Assembly (NCBI RefSeq): GCF_006345805.1
Contig: NC_043006.1
Coordinates: 86,614,001 to 86,678,000 of the forward strand
Source of the DNA: Octopus sinensis
Taxonomy: Eukaryota
DNA length: 64,000 nucleotides
Reading direction: 5' to 3'
Notes under the pieces: model-generated
Seen by the model: the letters and a program-made list of their open reading frames with translations, nothing else
What the model was told of the DNA's origin: nothing
Databases searched by the model: none
Shown: one piece after another, positions 13,725 to 27,222 of the stretch
How the letters are laid out: the number at the start of each line of letters is the position of its first letter
Numbering within the stretch: the stretch's first letter is position 1
Translations under genes and position numbers: made by a program

Positions 13725-13904
13725 AACCTGGGAGAGACAAATATACACGAGGCGTCTGTATCGATGCCTCCGGAATATCTGAATCGGCAGTTTATATTTA
13801 CTGCTGATAAGTTTGGCGCGAATACGTCGGTCTTGAAAATTTTAAGACAGATATTCCGGAGGCATCGATACAGACGCCTCGTGTATATTTGTCTCTCCCA
13901 GGTT

Positions 13905-14002
13905 TTTTACTGATGAAGTGTGACCTATGGTAGATTAGCTTAATTTAATTTAATTAAGCTAATTTAATCATTAATAACACAGAAACGATGCATCGTCTAA
14001 AA
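13905..14002 (+). ncRNA. Type I hammerhead ribozyme motif
   Basis: TTTTA-CTGATGA-A-GTGT[long hairpin]ACAC-A-GAAAC-GATGCATC-GTC^TAAAA. Palindromic stem III ACGATGCATCGT; predicted cleavage after 13997. Confidence 0.7.
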
Positions 14003-14125
14003 GTTGAATTAGGGTAAATGTTTTTAAATTTTCACCTAATTTCTGAATTACTACTACTTGGCGGTGTGAGTTATGGCTGCTCTTTCTGGTGGACGAATGC
14101 CCTGTTAAGGGTCACTCCTAAATTG

Positions 14126-14164
<39 letters not shown>

Positions 14165-14226
14165 TATATACATACATACATACCTACATACATACATATA
14201 TGTATGTATATACAAATAATCAATGT

Positions 14227-14557
14227 GAAGGCTCATGGCTCAGTGGTTAGAGTGTCAGGCTCACAATTGTGAGGTAGTGAGTTTGATTCCCAAACCAGGT
14301 TTTGTATTGTGTTCTTGAGCAAGACACTTTATTTCACATTGCTTCAGTTCACTTAGGTGTAGAAATGAGTTGCGAGGTCAATGGTGCCAAGCTGTATTGG
14401 CCTTCACCTTTCCCTTGGATAACATTGGTGGCGTGGAGAAGGGAGACTAATATACATGGGCAACTGCTGGTCTTCCATAAAGCATCCTTGCCTAGACTTG
14501 TGCCTCAGAGGGTAACTTTCTAGGTGCAATCCCATAATCACTCATGACTGAAAGGGA
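14227..14557 (+). mobile_element. tRNA-head SINE family C
   Basis: TGGCTCAGTGG head, CTTGAGCAAGACACTTT core, CCTTTCCCTTGGATAACA body. Confidence 0.8.
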
Positions 14558-14787
14558 TCGATACCCATTATATAATCTATCGTATTCCACCCAATGAAGT
14601 ATCCACACTTTGTTGCTGAAAAATATTCAGCTATATAATAATTATAAAGAATGATCTTCTATATTGGAATATGAATATAAACTTGGGAACTTAAAACTGT
14701 TGTGCAGTGCAGAAAGAAATACTGTGATCTACTATTAAAACCTGATATACTCCTTCCTCATGTTATATTATTCTCATATATGTGTAT

Positions 14788-14836
<49 letters not shown>

Positions 14837-14914
14837 CTCTGTGAGTTAGAGGTTGAGAAACCAACTAAGGGATAGCACCTATCCAATATATTGCTGTCTA
14901 TTTAGGTAGCTGGT

Positions 14915-15245
14915 CAATCAATTGCATCAACCATTGGCAAGCTCTCTTCCTCCCATTCATTCTCCACATTCAGCAGTATTTCATAATGCCAACTCCAAGC
15001 CTCTTTCTTTGCAGAATCCTTAAATGCAAGAGCACCATCATCCATGCAGACACATTTCTCTCCTATGACATCACGATTTTCTTTCACACAGTCTTTCAAT
15101 CCAAAACACTTTAGTTCTTTGATCTTCACGGTAATGAACATAGGCAAACTCCTTTTCTGCTTCTCCCTTGGCTAGATATACCTGTCTCCTAGTTTCCCTT
15201 CAGGCAATCTTTCATCATCTGACAAGATCCCCTCCTCCAATACGC
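14915..15245 (-). mobile_element. Decayed RTE linker fragment
   Basis: DDGALAFKDSAKKEAW...LLNVENEWEEESL matches the linker at 49870-50110. Confidence 0.8.
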
Positions 15246-17490
15246 CTACCCCTCTCAAAATTCCTTGTCTTGTAAGTTACTTGGTAACCCTGTCAGTACT
15301 GGTGCCATGTAAAAAGCATCAAGTCCACACTGTAAAGTGGTTGGCATTTGGAAGGGCATTCAGCTGTAAAAATCAGGCCAAAACTGACCTCACCTGTGCT
15401 AGTGCCACATAAAAAGCACTGAGCCCACTGAATTTTAGATTTGGCTCCTGTGACTTTCTTGACAAGAATTATCAATAATTATTAATGATTTTTGTTTTAA
15501 TTATGAGAGTAATTTTGGGGTTAGCACAACATTAAACACATTAGCTTCCCTACTTTAGTATATTTCATCATGCAGAAGGCAACCCTGGGAAATGCTACTG
15601 TGTCATTATTTAGAATTTACTAAGTTTGTTCATTTCGAAACAAAATGATGCAAAGAAGTTCATTATATAGAACCATCAAAATATATTTGGTGGGACCAAA
15701 GATACTTGAACCAATAACTTAACAGTCAACAAGCCAAAAGAGGATGCCTTTATGTGTTCTCTCATACTAAATGGCCACTACTAGAATGCTTTTCACCAGA
15801 GATCTGCTCAGTGAAGGATCACATGTGCTAGGCAATAACAACAACAGATATTTAGTCAACTGGTTGACAGCTAACAATGCAATATTCTGTTTATTATTAA
15901 CAGTTGAATACATAAAATATAAACTTTCCTGGTTGGAAAATAAAACATTTTCATGCATTCATAAACAAATCTAAAATAGAAGGAGATTTGAATTTTTATT
16001 TATGTGCAGACATGTGGACAAGTTCTATCTGGAGAATTTACCAAAGATCTATAGTCGAAATTATAATTCTAGTAGCTGTATGACTTGGTTGCAAGAAATC
16101 TTTTTGCATCAACAGATTTTTGGCTGCTGATATAAAATTAAGTCACCAGCAAGGTAGTTCAAAATCGTATGATGGAAAAAAAGTTTTGCTGTAACTTTTC
16201 ACATTATCTAAAGTGTTCCCTCAGGTGACAAACAAGAATAACAAAATAAATCTTGAAATAATTAATCACTTTTTATTTTTGTTATATAAGGTGCATAGCC
16301 TAATGGTTAGGGTGTTTACTTTATGTTCATAAGACCATAAGTCCAGTGCCTGGAACAGGCTTTGTGTTATGTCCTTGAGCAAGGCAGCTTATTCTATGTT
16401 GCTTCAGCCTACACAGCTGTAACGAGCAGCAGCTAAATGTTAGTGCAGCCTTCGCTTCATCCATCCTGGATGTGCTACTGGATCGAGGTTGATGGAGCTT
16501 TGAGGGTGATTATATTAGCTCCTGACCATGTAGACACCTGTAACAACTAGTAAAAGAACAGTACATGTTAACACGCTGTACTTGATCACGAGTGTCAGTT
16601 GGATGTACTTTTAATACAAATTATTTAAAGGGAGGTGGTTTGGTAGAATCTTTAGAGCATCAAACAAAATACACTTTGGTATTTATTGTGCACTTCTTTT
16701 CATTCTGGGTTCAAACACCACTGTGATTTTGTCCTTTATTTTTCTTATGCTCATAATATAAATAACATTGATATAGTAAAGTAGTTAAAGCCTATATATG
16801 ATCATACTGATGTTGTTGTTAAGATTAAGCATGATGTAAAGTTGGCAGAATCAATAGGGTATTAGATAAAACATCTTACAGTGTCTCCTGATTGCTATTC
16901 ATAATGAGTTGATCAAATTTTCATCCTCTCTGATCAATAAAATAAAGTACCATTTTGGGATTAATTTAATTATCTCCACCCTTTTTCACTCCCAAAATTG
17001 TAACCTCGTGTCAATGTTACAAATCAATTTAGATTTTTTATTTGTTTATAATATGAAGAAAGAAAAAGCCTATTACTTATGATCTAAATAGAATAATTGG
17101 AGGGTTGGGTGGAATAAAGACTTTGAAGTAAAACAACTTCAACATCTTGATTGTGGTGTTAAGTTTGCAAATATTCACAGCTGTATGGAATATCTGAAAT
17201 ATACTTTCTTATTATACAAGGTATTGGAAAATAGTTTATTCTTTATTCCTGCATTCTTGTTCCATTCATTGAACTGCAGCCATGCTGAAACACCTCCTTG
17301 AAAGGTTTATTCTAGATTATTCTACTGATCTCTCTTTACTGAACCACTAAATTATGAGAATGTAAACAAATGGTTATCATGTGGTTGAGAACAAACAAAA
17401 CGATCACACACCAATATACATATATAAAATGGGGTTCCACCCAGTTTTTATCTACCAAATTTTACTCACAAAGCATTGGTCAGGATGATA

Positions 17491-17700
17491 ATGGTTTCAA
17501 ATTTTGGTACAAAGCCAGCAGTTTTTGAGGGGAGGGAGGAAGTTGATTACATCAACCCCAGTACTTGACTGGTACTTATTCTATCAACTCTGAAAGGATA
17601 ACAGGCCAAGTCAGATTTGGCAGGATTTGAACCAAAAACATAAAGATGGATGAAATGGGGCTAAGCATTTTGTCCAGCATGCCAGTGGTTCTACCAGCTC
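17491..17700 (-). mobile_element. SINE family D
   Basis: CCCCAGTACTTGACTGGTACTTATT...CTAAGCATTTTGTCC...CCAGCTC. Confidence 0.72.
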
Positions 17701-17853
17701 AATGCCTTTTGTGAGGTTATAAGAGAAGACACTTACCCAAGGTGCTGTGTAGTGGAACTGAACTTGAAATCCCATGGTAACATAGTAAATTTCTTAAGCA
17801 CAAAGCCATACTTATGATTTATTTAAAATACTAATGTGCTTTATATAAATATG

Positions 17854-17889
<36 letters not shown>

Positions 17890-18020
17890 ATAAAAGAAAA
17901 CACATAAGAAATAAAAGAATGTGTGTATGTGTGCATATGTGTGTGTGTATGTTCTTCAGTAGATACACACTCCTCTGTACACAAGTATGGAAAGAGTGTA
18001 AGGGTTGCACTGGATAAAGG

Positions 18021-18430
18021 TTTATTGATCTAGATAAGGCCTTTGATAGAGTACCATGTCCTGCAGTCTGGAGGTCACTAAGAAAAGTAAGAGTTGATGA
18101 ATGCCTGAAGAGAACAACATAGGTCATATATAGAAAGGCAGTCAGCAAAGAATTTGCAAGGAGCTCAGTGAGGGAATTTAGAGTGCAGTTCTGTGGGTGC
18201 TCAGTTTTAAGCTCCCTACTGTTTACGACAGCACTCCAGGTTATAACAGTGAAAGACAAAACTGGCTATAGCAGAAATTGTGGAATATTTAGAAAAGAAC
18301 TTCTACATATGGAAAGAAAGCTAGATTTCAAAGGCATCAAAGTAATTTAATAAAGACTAAAATTTTAGCTAGACAGAATTCTGATACCAAGAAAGAAATG
18401 GTTGTGCTTTAATGCATTCCCAGAGAATAT
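18021..18430 (+). mobile_element. Decayed RTE RT fragment
   Basis: FIDLDKAFDRVP...VWRSLRK motif followed by frameshifted RT-like sequence. Confidence 0.75.
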
Positions 18431-19619
18431 AGGAGGAAATACTAATAAGGTATGTATACTAAAATCGTGAAGCACGTTATGTAATAACAGGCTAATCAGA
18501 TATGAGATAATAACAATTCAAAGTAAATAACTCTGAAAAGGGCTTTTGTGTGTTCCCAGAGAATATTACCCTCAGGGGCGTTAGTGTTGGTATATTCCTG
18601 ATTAAGTCACTGACCGAAATAAGTGGATCTACCATTTAGGAAAGTGCTATTTACTTGTTTAAGGATTGCACTGGATAAATTGTGAAATAAGCATACTAAG
18701 AAATAAACATATTCAATTTCATTTTTACCAAATAATTTAGGAAAATGAATGGGTTATTTCCCTTGGTTATATATATAAGGATTCCTTCCAGGGGACCTAT
18801 TATCGATTTTTTCAACAATTTGAGTATGCTGTGAGGTTTCCAGACATGAGTTCTATCCACGTGTCAAGTTTCATAAAAATCGATAAAACGATGTAGGGGA
18901 GTTAACTAACAACTCCACAAACACACCCACAAACAGAATTTCCCACATATGTAGTGTATATATATATATATATGTGTAGTTGAAATTTACAGGAAAACAA
19001 AAGACGAAGACAGATGTATGAACAACAAGCAGGTGTATTAGTTTGATGCTCAGGAAAGTGAAAAAATCTTTTACATTTTGAGCCTACGCTCTTCAACAGA
19101 AAGGAATATGAGGAAATAAACAGAGAAAATAAAAAAATTTGTGGATTTAGCTATCAATCATGGCGACTACATTATGTAGTGTGTAATTACATATATGTAT
19201 ATAGCATCCTCTTCATTTGTTTGCTTTCTATAAACACATATATATATCTTCACACACACATATATACACACATAAATACACACACACACACATAACCTGT
19301 ATCGCCATTTATTTCACTACATTTATATATATATGTATATACTGTGTCTCAGTATGTGTGCATCACTAAAACTCGAGAACTGCCCAACAGATTTCATTCA
19401 AATTCAACTTCTTGCCTAATGCGAGCCCAGAGCAATCTCTTATCTCTTACACTGTTTTGGTATTATGTGTCAAAAGTGAAAAAATAACACCTCTATTGTA
19501 ATGTGATATAATAGTTTCAATTTTAATTACTTTCACCATGTATATATATATATATAGATATATATATATATATATATATATGTAAGCATATTAGCTTCAT
19601 TTCTGTTAGTTTCACTATG

Positions 19620-19637
19620 TATTTATTTAGATGTTTC

Positions 19638-19681
<44 letters not shown>

Positions 19682-19723
19682 TACATATATATATATTATA
19701 TATATATGTATTATGTATTTATG

Positions 19724-19794
<71 letters not shown>

Positions 19795-19855
19795 GTATGT
19801 ATATATATATATATGTATGTATGTATATATATATATATGTATGTATATATATATA

Positions 19856-19899
<44 letters not shown>

Positions 19900-19930
19900 G
19901 TATATATATATAGTTGTATATATATATGTA
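19620..19930. repeat. (TA)n / TATG compound microsatellite
   Basis: Direct reading of the sequence. Confidence 0.97.
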
Positions 19931-19931
19931 T

Positions 19932-20700
19932 ATCATCATTGTCATTTAACATCCACTTTCCATGGTGGCATGGTTTGGACGGTTTGAGTGAGGGCTGGCA
20001 AGCCAGAAGGTTGCACCAGACTTCAATCCGATCAGGCAAAGTTTCCACAGCAGGATGCCCTTCCTAATGTAAACCACTCCGAGAATGTAGCAGGTACTTT
20101 TTACATGCCACCGGCATGAGGGCCAGTCAGGCAGTACTGGCATCGACCATGCTCGAATGGTGCATTTTACATGCCACAAGCACGGAAGCCAGACAGGCAG
20201 CACTGGCAATGATCATGCTTGAATGGTGCTTTTTACAAGCCACTGGCACAGGACCAGTCAGGTGGCACTGGCATCGACCATGCTTGAATGGTGCTATTTA
20301 TGTGCCACCATCATGGGTGCCAATCAGGTTGTACTATCATCGGCCACGAAAATGACTTGCCTCAACAGATCTTCGCAAGCACAGTTTAATGCCCAATAAT
20401 TGAAGGGTACTCTTAAATGAGCTGGTTATGCTGCTCTGGCATAGGACCCAGTTACGGTCTCACTTGGTTTTTCTGGGTCTTCTCAAGCACAGCATATCTC
20501 CAAAGGTCTCAGTCACTTGTCATTGTCTTGGTGAGGACCAACATTCAAAAGTCATACTTCACCACCTCATCCCAGGTCTTCCTGGGTCTCCCTCTTTCAA
20601 AAGTTCCCTCTTCTGCTAGGGTGTGACATTTTTCACACAGCTGTCCTCATCCATATGCAACACATGACCATAGCAATGCAGCCATCTCTCTTGCACACCT
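19932..20700 (-). mobile_element. 5'-truncated RTE LINE copy (RT end, UTR array, tail)
   Basis: Minus strand [19 protein letters not shown]...GRPRKTWDEVVK followed by a degenerate array and the shared tail. Confidence 0.85.
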
Positions 20701-21899
20701 CAGAGACAACTGCGCTGGTATACATACATATATATATATATGTATATGTATATATGTGTATATATGAACGTATAGATATATATATGTATATATATGTATA
20801 TATATGAATAAATATATATATATATAAATAAATAAATGGAGTTGAACGAAGATGTTAACAAAATTCCTTTACTCTCGTGATGGTAAACATAGGATAATTC
20901 ATTCACCTATCGATATATGTATATATATATATGTTTATGTATATGTATGCATGTATATGTATGTTGTGTGTGTGTATTTATTTATACACACACATATATA
21001 TATTAGCTTTATATATGTCATTTTTATTAGTACCATACATTATCATATTAGTATTATATTTATATATAATTTCTATTGGTATTACATATATATATATATA
21101 AAATTTTATTGGTCATATGTATATGTTATTTTGATTAAACCAAGATATATAAAAAAACTGTACAGAGAGAAGAAACCAATCATTTAGACAAAATCACAGC
21201 ACTATTGACAAATGTAAAATAAGATTAATATTAAAAAATGCATTAAAAAAAGCTAGTTACAAAAACAGCACACTCCCACTTCTAACTAAATAAAAATCAC
21301 TAGTGCCACTAAAAAAAATGTAATGATGGTCGGCATCACTGCCACCACCACTGCCAGCACTGGTGGTTAAAGCAACCATAATAAAAACAAGAGAAATCAA
21401 TATTCCTCACAAAGATCCAAGGCATGTAAAAGATCAACCAGTTTCTTTACCTTTTCCTGTAACTTATTTTTCTAATAAAATTCATGCCACCAATTAATCA
21501 TATATGCTTTTAGTCAATACAAGTGATATATATAAATATATATATATACATATATATATGTATAAAACTATTACCACTACTACTACTGCTATTTATGGTT
21601 CCACTGTTACCAATGATGATGGTGATTCCACTGCTATATAACAATATTGACTTAAGTTTTAAAGTCAAAGTTGTAAACTTGAAAGCTGCAATTTGTCTCC
21701 AGTTTTTGCAAATTGACATTTATATAGTGAAATAAATGGTGATACAGGTTGTGTGTGTGTGTGTGTATGTGTGTGTGTTTATGTGTGTATATATGTGTAA
21801 AAATACATACTGTGTTTATAAAAGTAAACAAATGAGGAGGATGCTATATACATATATGTACATACTACATCATGTAAAATCATCATTGTATGTATGTAT

Positions 21900-21936
<37 letters not shown>

Positions 21937-21970
21937 CTATATATATATCTATATATATATATCTGTATGA

Positions 21971-22001
<31 letters not shown>

Positions 22002-22272
22002 CTGTATGATATGGTTTTATATAAAAATGTTAAGTCATTTTTCATTTAATCAGGGCCTCTGACATAAGTGTGGAGGGATCCTGTGGAAGAGGCAGACCTA
22101 GGAAGACATGGGAGGAGGTGGTGTAGCACAATCTTCGAATGTGGGGTGTCACAGAAGCGATGGCACGCGATCATGCATTTTGGTGATTTGCTGTGCTTAA
22201 GAAGACTTGTCAAGCCAAGTAAAATCGTAGTTGTGGCTGGTGTGCTAGTGACATGTAACATTTTACAAAATG

Positions 22273-22642
22273 TAACCATCTCACAAACAATAACTCTGAG
22301 CGCCTTTTCAAACTCCACCTGTCTAACACCCGTGGACATGTTTACAAAGTCAGAAAACAGCACAGCTCCCATGACTTTAGGAAACATTTTTTCACGCTGA
22401 GAGTTGCTGAAGCATCAGTTGTTAGTTTTCGGAGCACTGCATCCTTCAAAACTTCAATGCTTTCTGAGATTCGCCAACACTACACCTGATTTTCTCTCCT
22501 CCATACACACGCAAGCATGTATCTGACTCATACATTGTTTGCTTTCCAGACATTTGTACATTACTGCATATACTTTATATGCACTTTCTGACAAGTTGTG
22601 GTGCACCTGAGCACTGTATACAATAATTTCATTATTATTATT
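22273..22642 (+). mobile_element. CR1-type LINE 3' end, second copy
   Basis: High identity to 7170-7568, with an 18-bp deletion at a GCAT microhomology. Confidence 0.82.
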
Positions 22643-22850
22643 TGAGCCAGTGACATATAAAAGCACCCATGCTGGTGACACGTAAAAGTCACCCACTACA
22701 CACTCAGAGTGGTTGGCATTAGGAAGGGCATCCAGCTATAGAAACCAAACCAAATTGAGACTAGAACCTGGTGCAGCTCTCCAGCTTACCAGTTCTAGTC
22801 AAGCCATCTAACCCATGTCAGCATGGAAAGTGGACGTTAAATGATGATGA
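22643..22850 (+). mobile_element. RTE tail copy
   Basis: Shared tail motifs ending AAATGATGATGA. Confidence 0.8.
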
Positions 22851-23382
22851 TTAGGGAAAGGAGGAGAGCATTCTCAAGGAAGCCTGGATGGAATGCTTGC
22901 AACAGTGTCAAACTCTGCCAAAGGCATTCAAGATGTCAGGTATGTCAAACTGGGCAATGGGTTAAGTTTATCACCTATGTAGGCTATGGAGGAATTTGGA
23001 CTGAGAACAAAAAGCAATGGAAAAAATATTGCAAGGTATCTGTTTCGACATTTTCACAGTTATGCCAATTCCTCACTTTGGATTAATATTTTTTTTTTCC
23101 TTGATCTCAAAAGGGTAAAATGTAAAGTTGGACTTGTTGAATTTGAACTCAGAGTGCAGAGTTGAAACAAATACATGGAAACATTTCATCTGATACTCTA
23201 ACAACACAGCGAGTATATCATTGGTGAGTGTTAGAAAGAGCTTCCAACCATAAACACTATATGAAAGCAGACATTGGAGCCTGATGCAGTCCTTGGACAT
23301 ATTGGATCCAATCAAATCACCCAACCCTTATTAGCATGGAACAGATGATAAACGATGTTGTTTTTGATGACGATGATGATGA

Positions 23383-23439
<57 letters not shown>

Positions 23440-23440
<1 letters not shown>

Positions 23441-23680
23441 GCATGTAGCTTAGAGGTTAGAGTGTTGCAATCATTATCATAAGAATGTTATTTCAATTCC
23501 TGGACTGGGCAACGTGTCGTGATCTTTAGCAAAACAATTTATTTCACATTGCTCCAGTCCGCTTAGCTGGCAAAAATGAGTAATCCTGAGAGAGACTGAC
23601 ATCCCATCCAGATAGGAATTTATTCACCATAGAATCCAGAAAATTGGCCTTATGAGTCTCTGGTTTGGGAAGGACTTTTA
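23440..23680 (+). mobile_element. Degenerate SINE with family C-type head/core
   Basis: GGTTAGAGTG head and TTTATTTCACATTGCTCCAGTCC core. Confidence 0.6.
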
Positions 23681-23801
23681 TCCTATTACTATGTATATAT
23701 ATAATTATTATTTGAGGGAATAAAATCCAAACTTACAAGGAAAAAAATTCAATTTAGAAATACTAAATCAAATTTCACACAATATAATATATATATAAAA
23801 G

Positions 23802-24338
23802 ATTAGAAAAAAACCACCTTTTATCAATTCAAAATGAACAATTAAATTACACCATCCAGAAAATTACATATAATAGAAACATTAAAATTAAAATAACAAT
23901 AAAATGTCAATGATTAAGTAAATTACAATAAAATAATAAAAACGTATATAATTAGTAGAATAACGACGTGTTTCGTGGCTATATTTAAGAAATGATTATA
24001 GTAGTAGTAAAATCACTTCGATGTAAAAATAGTCACTCATCAGGTTAAAAATAAACTAGAATAATAAAATGATTAATTAATAAATATACTTTAAAGTATA
24101 TTTATACTATTTTTATATCGAAGTGATTTCACTACTACTATAATCATTTCTTAACTATAGCCACAAAACATGTGTCATTATTCTACCAATTATATATGTT
24201 TTTATTATTCTATTGTAATTTACTTAATCATTGACATTTTATTGTTATTTTAATTTTAATGTTTCTATTATATGTAATTTTCTGGATGGTGTAATTTAAT
24301 TGTTCATTTTGAATTGATAAAAGGTGTTTTTTTTTCTA

Positions 24339-24340
<2 letters not shown>
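23802..24340. repeat. Fold-back element, ~232-bp arms, ending at (TA)n
   Basis: Arms 23802-24033 and 24106-24340 are reverse complements with scattered mismatches, several at CpG. The 72-bp spacer contains the 24-bp palindrome TAAATATACTTTAAAGTATATTTA. Confidence 0.9.
23961..24047 (-). ncRNA. Type I hammerhead ribozyme motif (possibly damaged stem III)
   Basis: Minus strand reads TAAC-CTGATGA-GTGACTATTTTTA...TAAATATAGCCAC-GAAAC-AC-GTC^GTTA. G10.1-C11.1 pair present; stem I is TAAC/GTTA. Confidence 0.6.
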
Positions 24341-24406
<66 letters not shown>

Positions 24407-24452
24407 ATATATATACATACATATATATATACATACATACTTATATATATAT

Positions 24453-24510
<58 letters not shown>

Positions 24511-26840
24511 AAAACTCTTGAATGTAGTGTTTGTTTTGGATGAGTCTGGCATCCACTTTGTCATCCACGATGACAATTCAAATACACACACTCACTCACA
24601 CACATATACATACCATACTTTCCAGCATACAAATCAATATAATAAATAATGTGAACATATAATGTGGATATTCAAACACCATCACAATCTTTCCAATTCC
24701 TACTGCATTTCACATGAAATTTTTGGTCCTCCAAAGTAGTTTTGGTGTAAGTCAACCTCCTATTTTGGCTGTAAATTTTGGTATGAAAAGCTTGACTTAT
24801 ATGATGGAAAATGTAGTATATACAGATACAAATCATATTGATATTTGCAGCACAGATCTTTGCTACTGTGTAGAAGATGAGTTATGAGTGTCACAGCAAC
24901 TGTTGTTTTTCTATAGCACAGAAGTACTTTTCTATACATATATGAGAAATTGTAGATTTTTCTTGGAGTACACAAATTGCTATATTTATCTAAATTTATT
25001 ACAAGAATAAACTAAACTTTTCTGTAATTAGGAAGTGACAAGTGAAATTCTATAAATCCCTAAGCAACTTACAAAACATTTTAGGAAGTTAGGTTACAAT
25101 GGTGCAAACTTACTTTATGGCCAGTTTTATTAAATTTAGCGACAGAGAAAATCAGAGGTAAAAAAGCAATTAATTACAATGGAAAACTTGAAATACACTT
25201 ATTGATGTGTCTACAAAACATAGGAATAGACATAATAAAGTTAGTGGATTGTTTTTTCATATTATCTCTCTGTCAAGCTGTTTGACATCTTTATAACAAT
25301 AAGAGACTTCACTATGAGAAACAAAATAATCAAAACTGCATTTTTGGCTTTTCAGATGAAGATGTTTACATCATCAGCATCATCCTCATTGCCACTATCA
25401 ATCCCACTGACATTGGTGCCACTGTCACCACCACCACCACCACCACCACCAACACACCATCATTATCATCATTTTGTGTCTGCTTCCTATGCTGACATGG
25501 GTCAGGGGATTCAAAAGGGTCCAACATTCAGAAGACCATGTCTTGTTCCAATGTCTCAGTTTTAGAAAGGTTTCCACAGCTAATGCAAACTAACTTTCAG
25601 AATGAAGTTTATAACTATAACATTGTGCATCCTTAATTACTCTTTAAAATGCAAAGCAATCAAAGAATTCTTTATAATAGTGTATTTATTTAGTGGCACT
25701 AAGACAATTTTAAGCTAAAAGAAATTAAAACTTGCTAAAGCCATTCAGTAAGTTATATTTATTGCACTGCCAAAATGCACACACTTGGGACTCAATAAAG
25801 GTCTACCATTCTATCTCATGGAAACTCTGACAAATAATATGAATTAGACAGGGTGTATATCTACTGATAAGGACCACTTGACAATATTGATATTATTAAC
25901 AGGGACTTAACTAAGTTGAGGGGTAATATTTATCCTCACTCAAATGTGGAGGTTGTGTTAGAACATATTATACTGCAGTAGTTACCATGATAAAACTCTT
26001 ATACTGGCTTTTGGTGCAAAATTTACTCTTGTTTATATCACTAGAAGGGAGATAAATCTCAGCCACCTCCATTTGATCATATGATTTCGACCTTCCTTGG
26101 TCTTGTCAATGATGGATGCTTGACCACTAGAAATAGGAGCAATTCATCTCCCCACTAGAAATATATAGAACAATAGTGTCAGAACAGGCACTGGTGTCAT
26201 GATTAGCCAGAGTAAGTTTTTTAAAAAGTGTTTATTAGAGACAGAGGCAGTATAAATACTGAGAGGTGATATTTATCCCCGCTTACATGATGTTATTGAC
26301 AGAGAGACAACACAAAACTGAGGACCTACCAAAGCTAATAGGGGATAAAGATTGTTGGCACAGCATGGCAAAATACATCGTGCTTTCAGCCTCTTGATAA
26401 AGAAAATGATAAGGCAATCAGTTAAATAGGTTAATCCAGTGGCAAGTATCCACAGTATAATCATGAGGTTCCTACAAATCCCTAGCATTTTTAAGCATTC
26501 TTAAAAGTGATTTCCCTTGTGGTTGTATTAATTCACTGATGTTAATAGTATATTTATGGATACTTCAGTGCAGAACTCATTTCCAAATTTCAAATTGGGA
26601 CTTTCAAGCAACGACTTTACAACTTCAGTCCTCATGAAGTCCCCTCTAATTGAGGTATATATCTAAAACTCAACTCAGTTTAGATTTAAAGTCTTCTTTA
26701 TCAGGAACCAGCTTAAATATTATGAGTAATCAAAAGCTCACTTAAACATGACTGCATGTCCTATTCAACCCAGAGAAATTTAGTTGGAGGGATAATTCAA
26801 ATAATGCTTTATTTCTTAACAGTATTTACCAATAAGTACA

Positions 26841-27222
26841 GGTGTAGGAGTGGCTGTGTGGTAAGTAGTATGCTTACCAACCACATGATTCCGGGTTCAG
26901 TCCCACTGCATGGCACCTTGGGCAAGTGTCTTCTACTATAGTCTCGGGCCAACCAAAGCCTTGTGAGTGGATTTGGTAGACGGAAACTGTCGTATATATG
27001 TATATATATATATACATATATATGTTTGTGTGTCTTTATCCTCTCCCAACATCGCTTGACAAACAATGCTGGTGTGTTTATGCCGCTGTAACTTAGTGGT
27101 TTGGCAAAAGAATCCGATAGAATAAGTACTAAGCTTACAAAGAATAAGTCCTGGGGTCGATTTGTTCAACTAAAGGTGGTGCTCCAGCATGGCCACAATC
27201 AAATGACTGAAACAAGTAGAAA
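26841..27222 (+). mobile_element. tRNA-head SINE family A
   Basis: Same head, body and tail as 8909-9297. Confidence 0.88.

Larger units (their letters stand above)
13404..14131. mobile_element. Fold-back element flanked by (TA)n on both sides; probably a non-autonomous PLE derivative (inverted pseudo-LTR)
   Basis: 284-bp arms 13498-13781 and 13848-14131 with one mismatch seen, 66-bp spacer; hammerhead motif in each arm; CpGs retained. Confidence 0.8.

Noticed and set aside
18598-18632. CTGATTA-AGTCACTGACC-GAAAT hammerhead-like string
   Set aside because: G8 is substituted and no convincing stem I or stem III.
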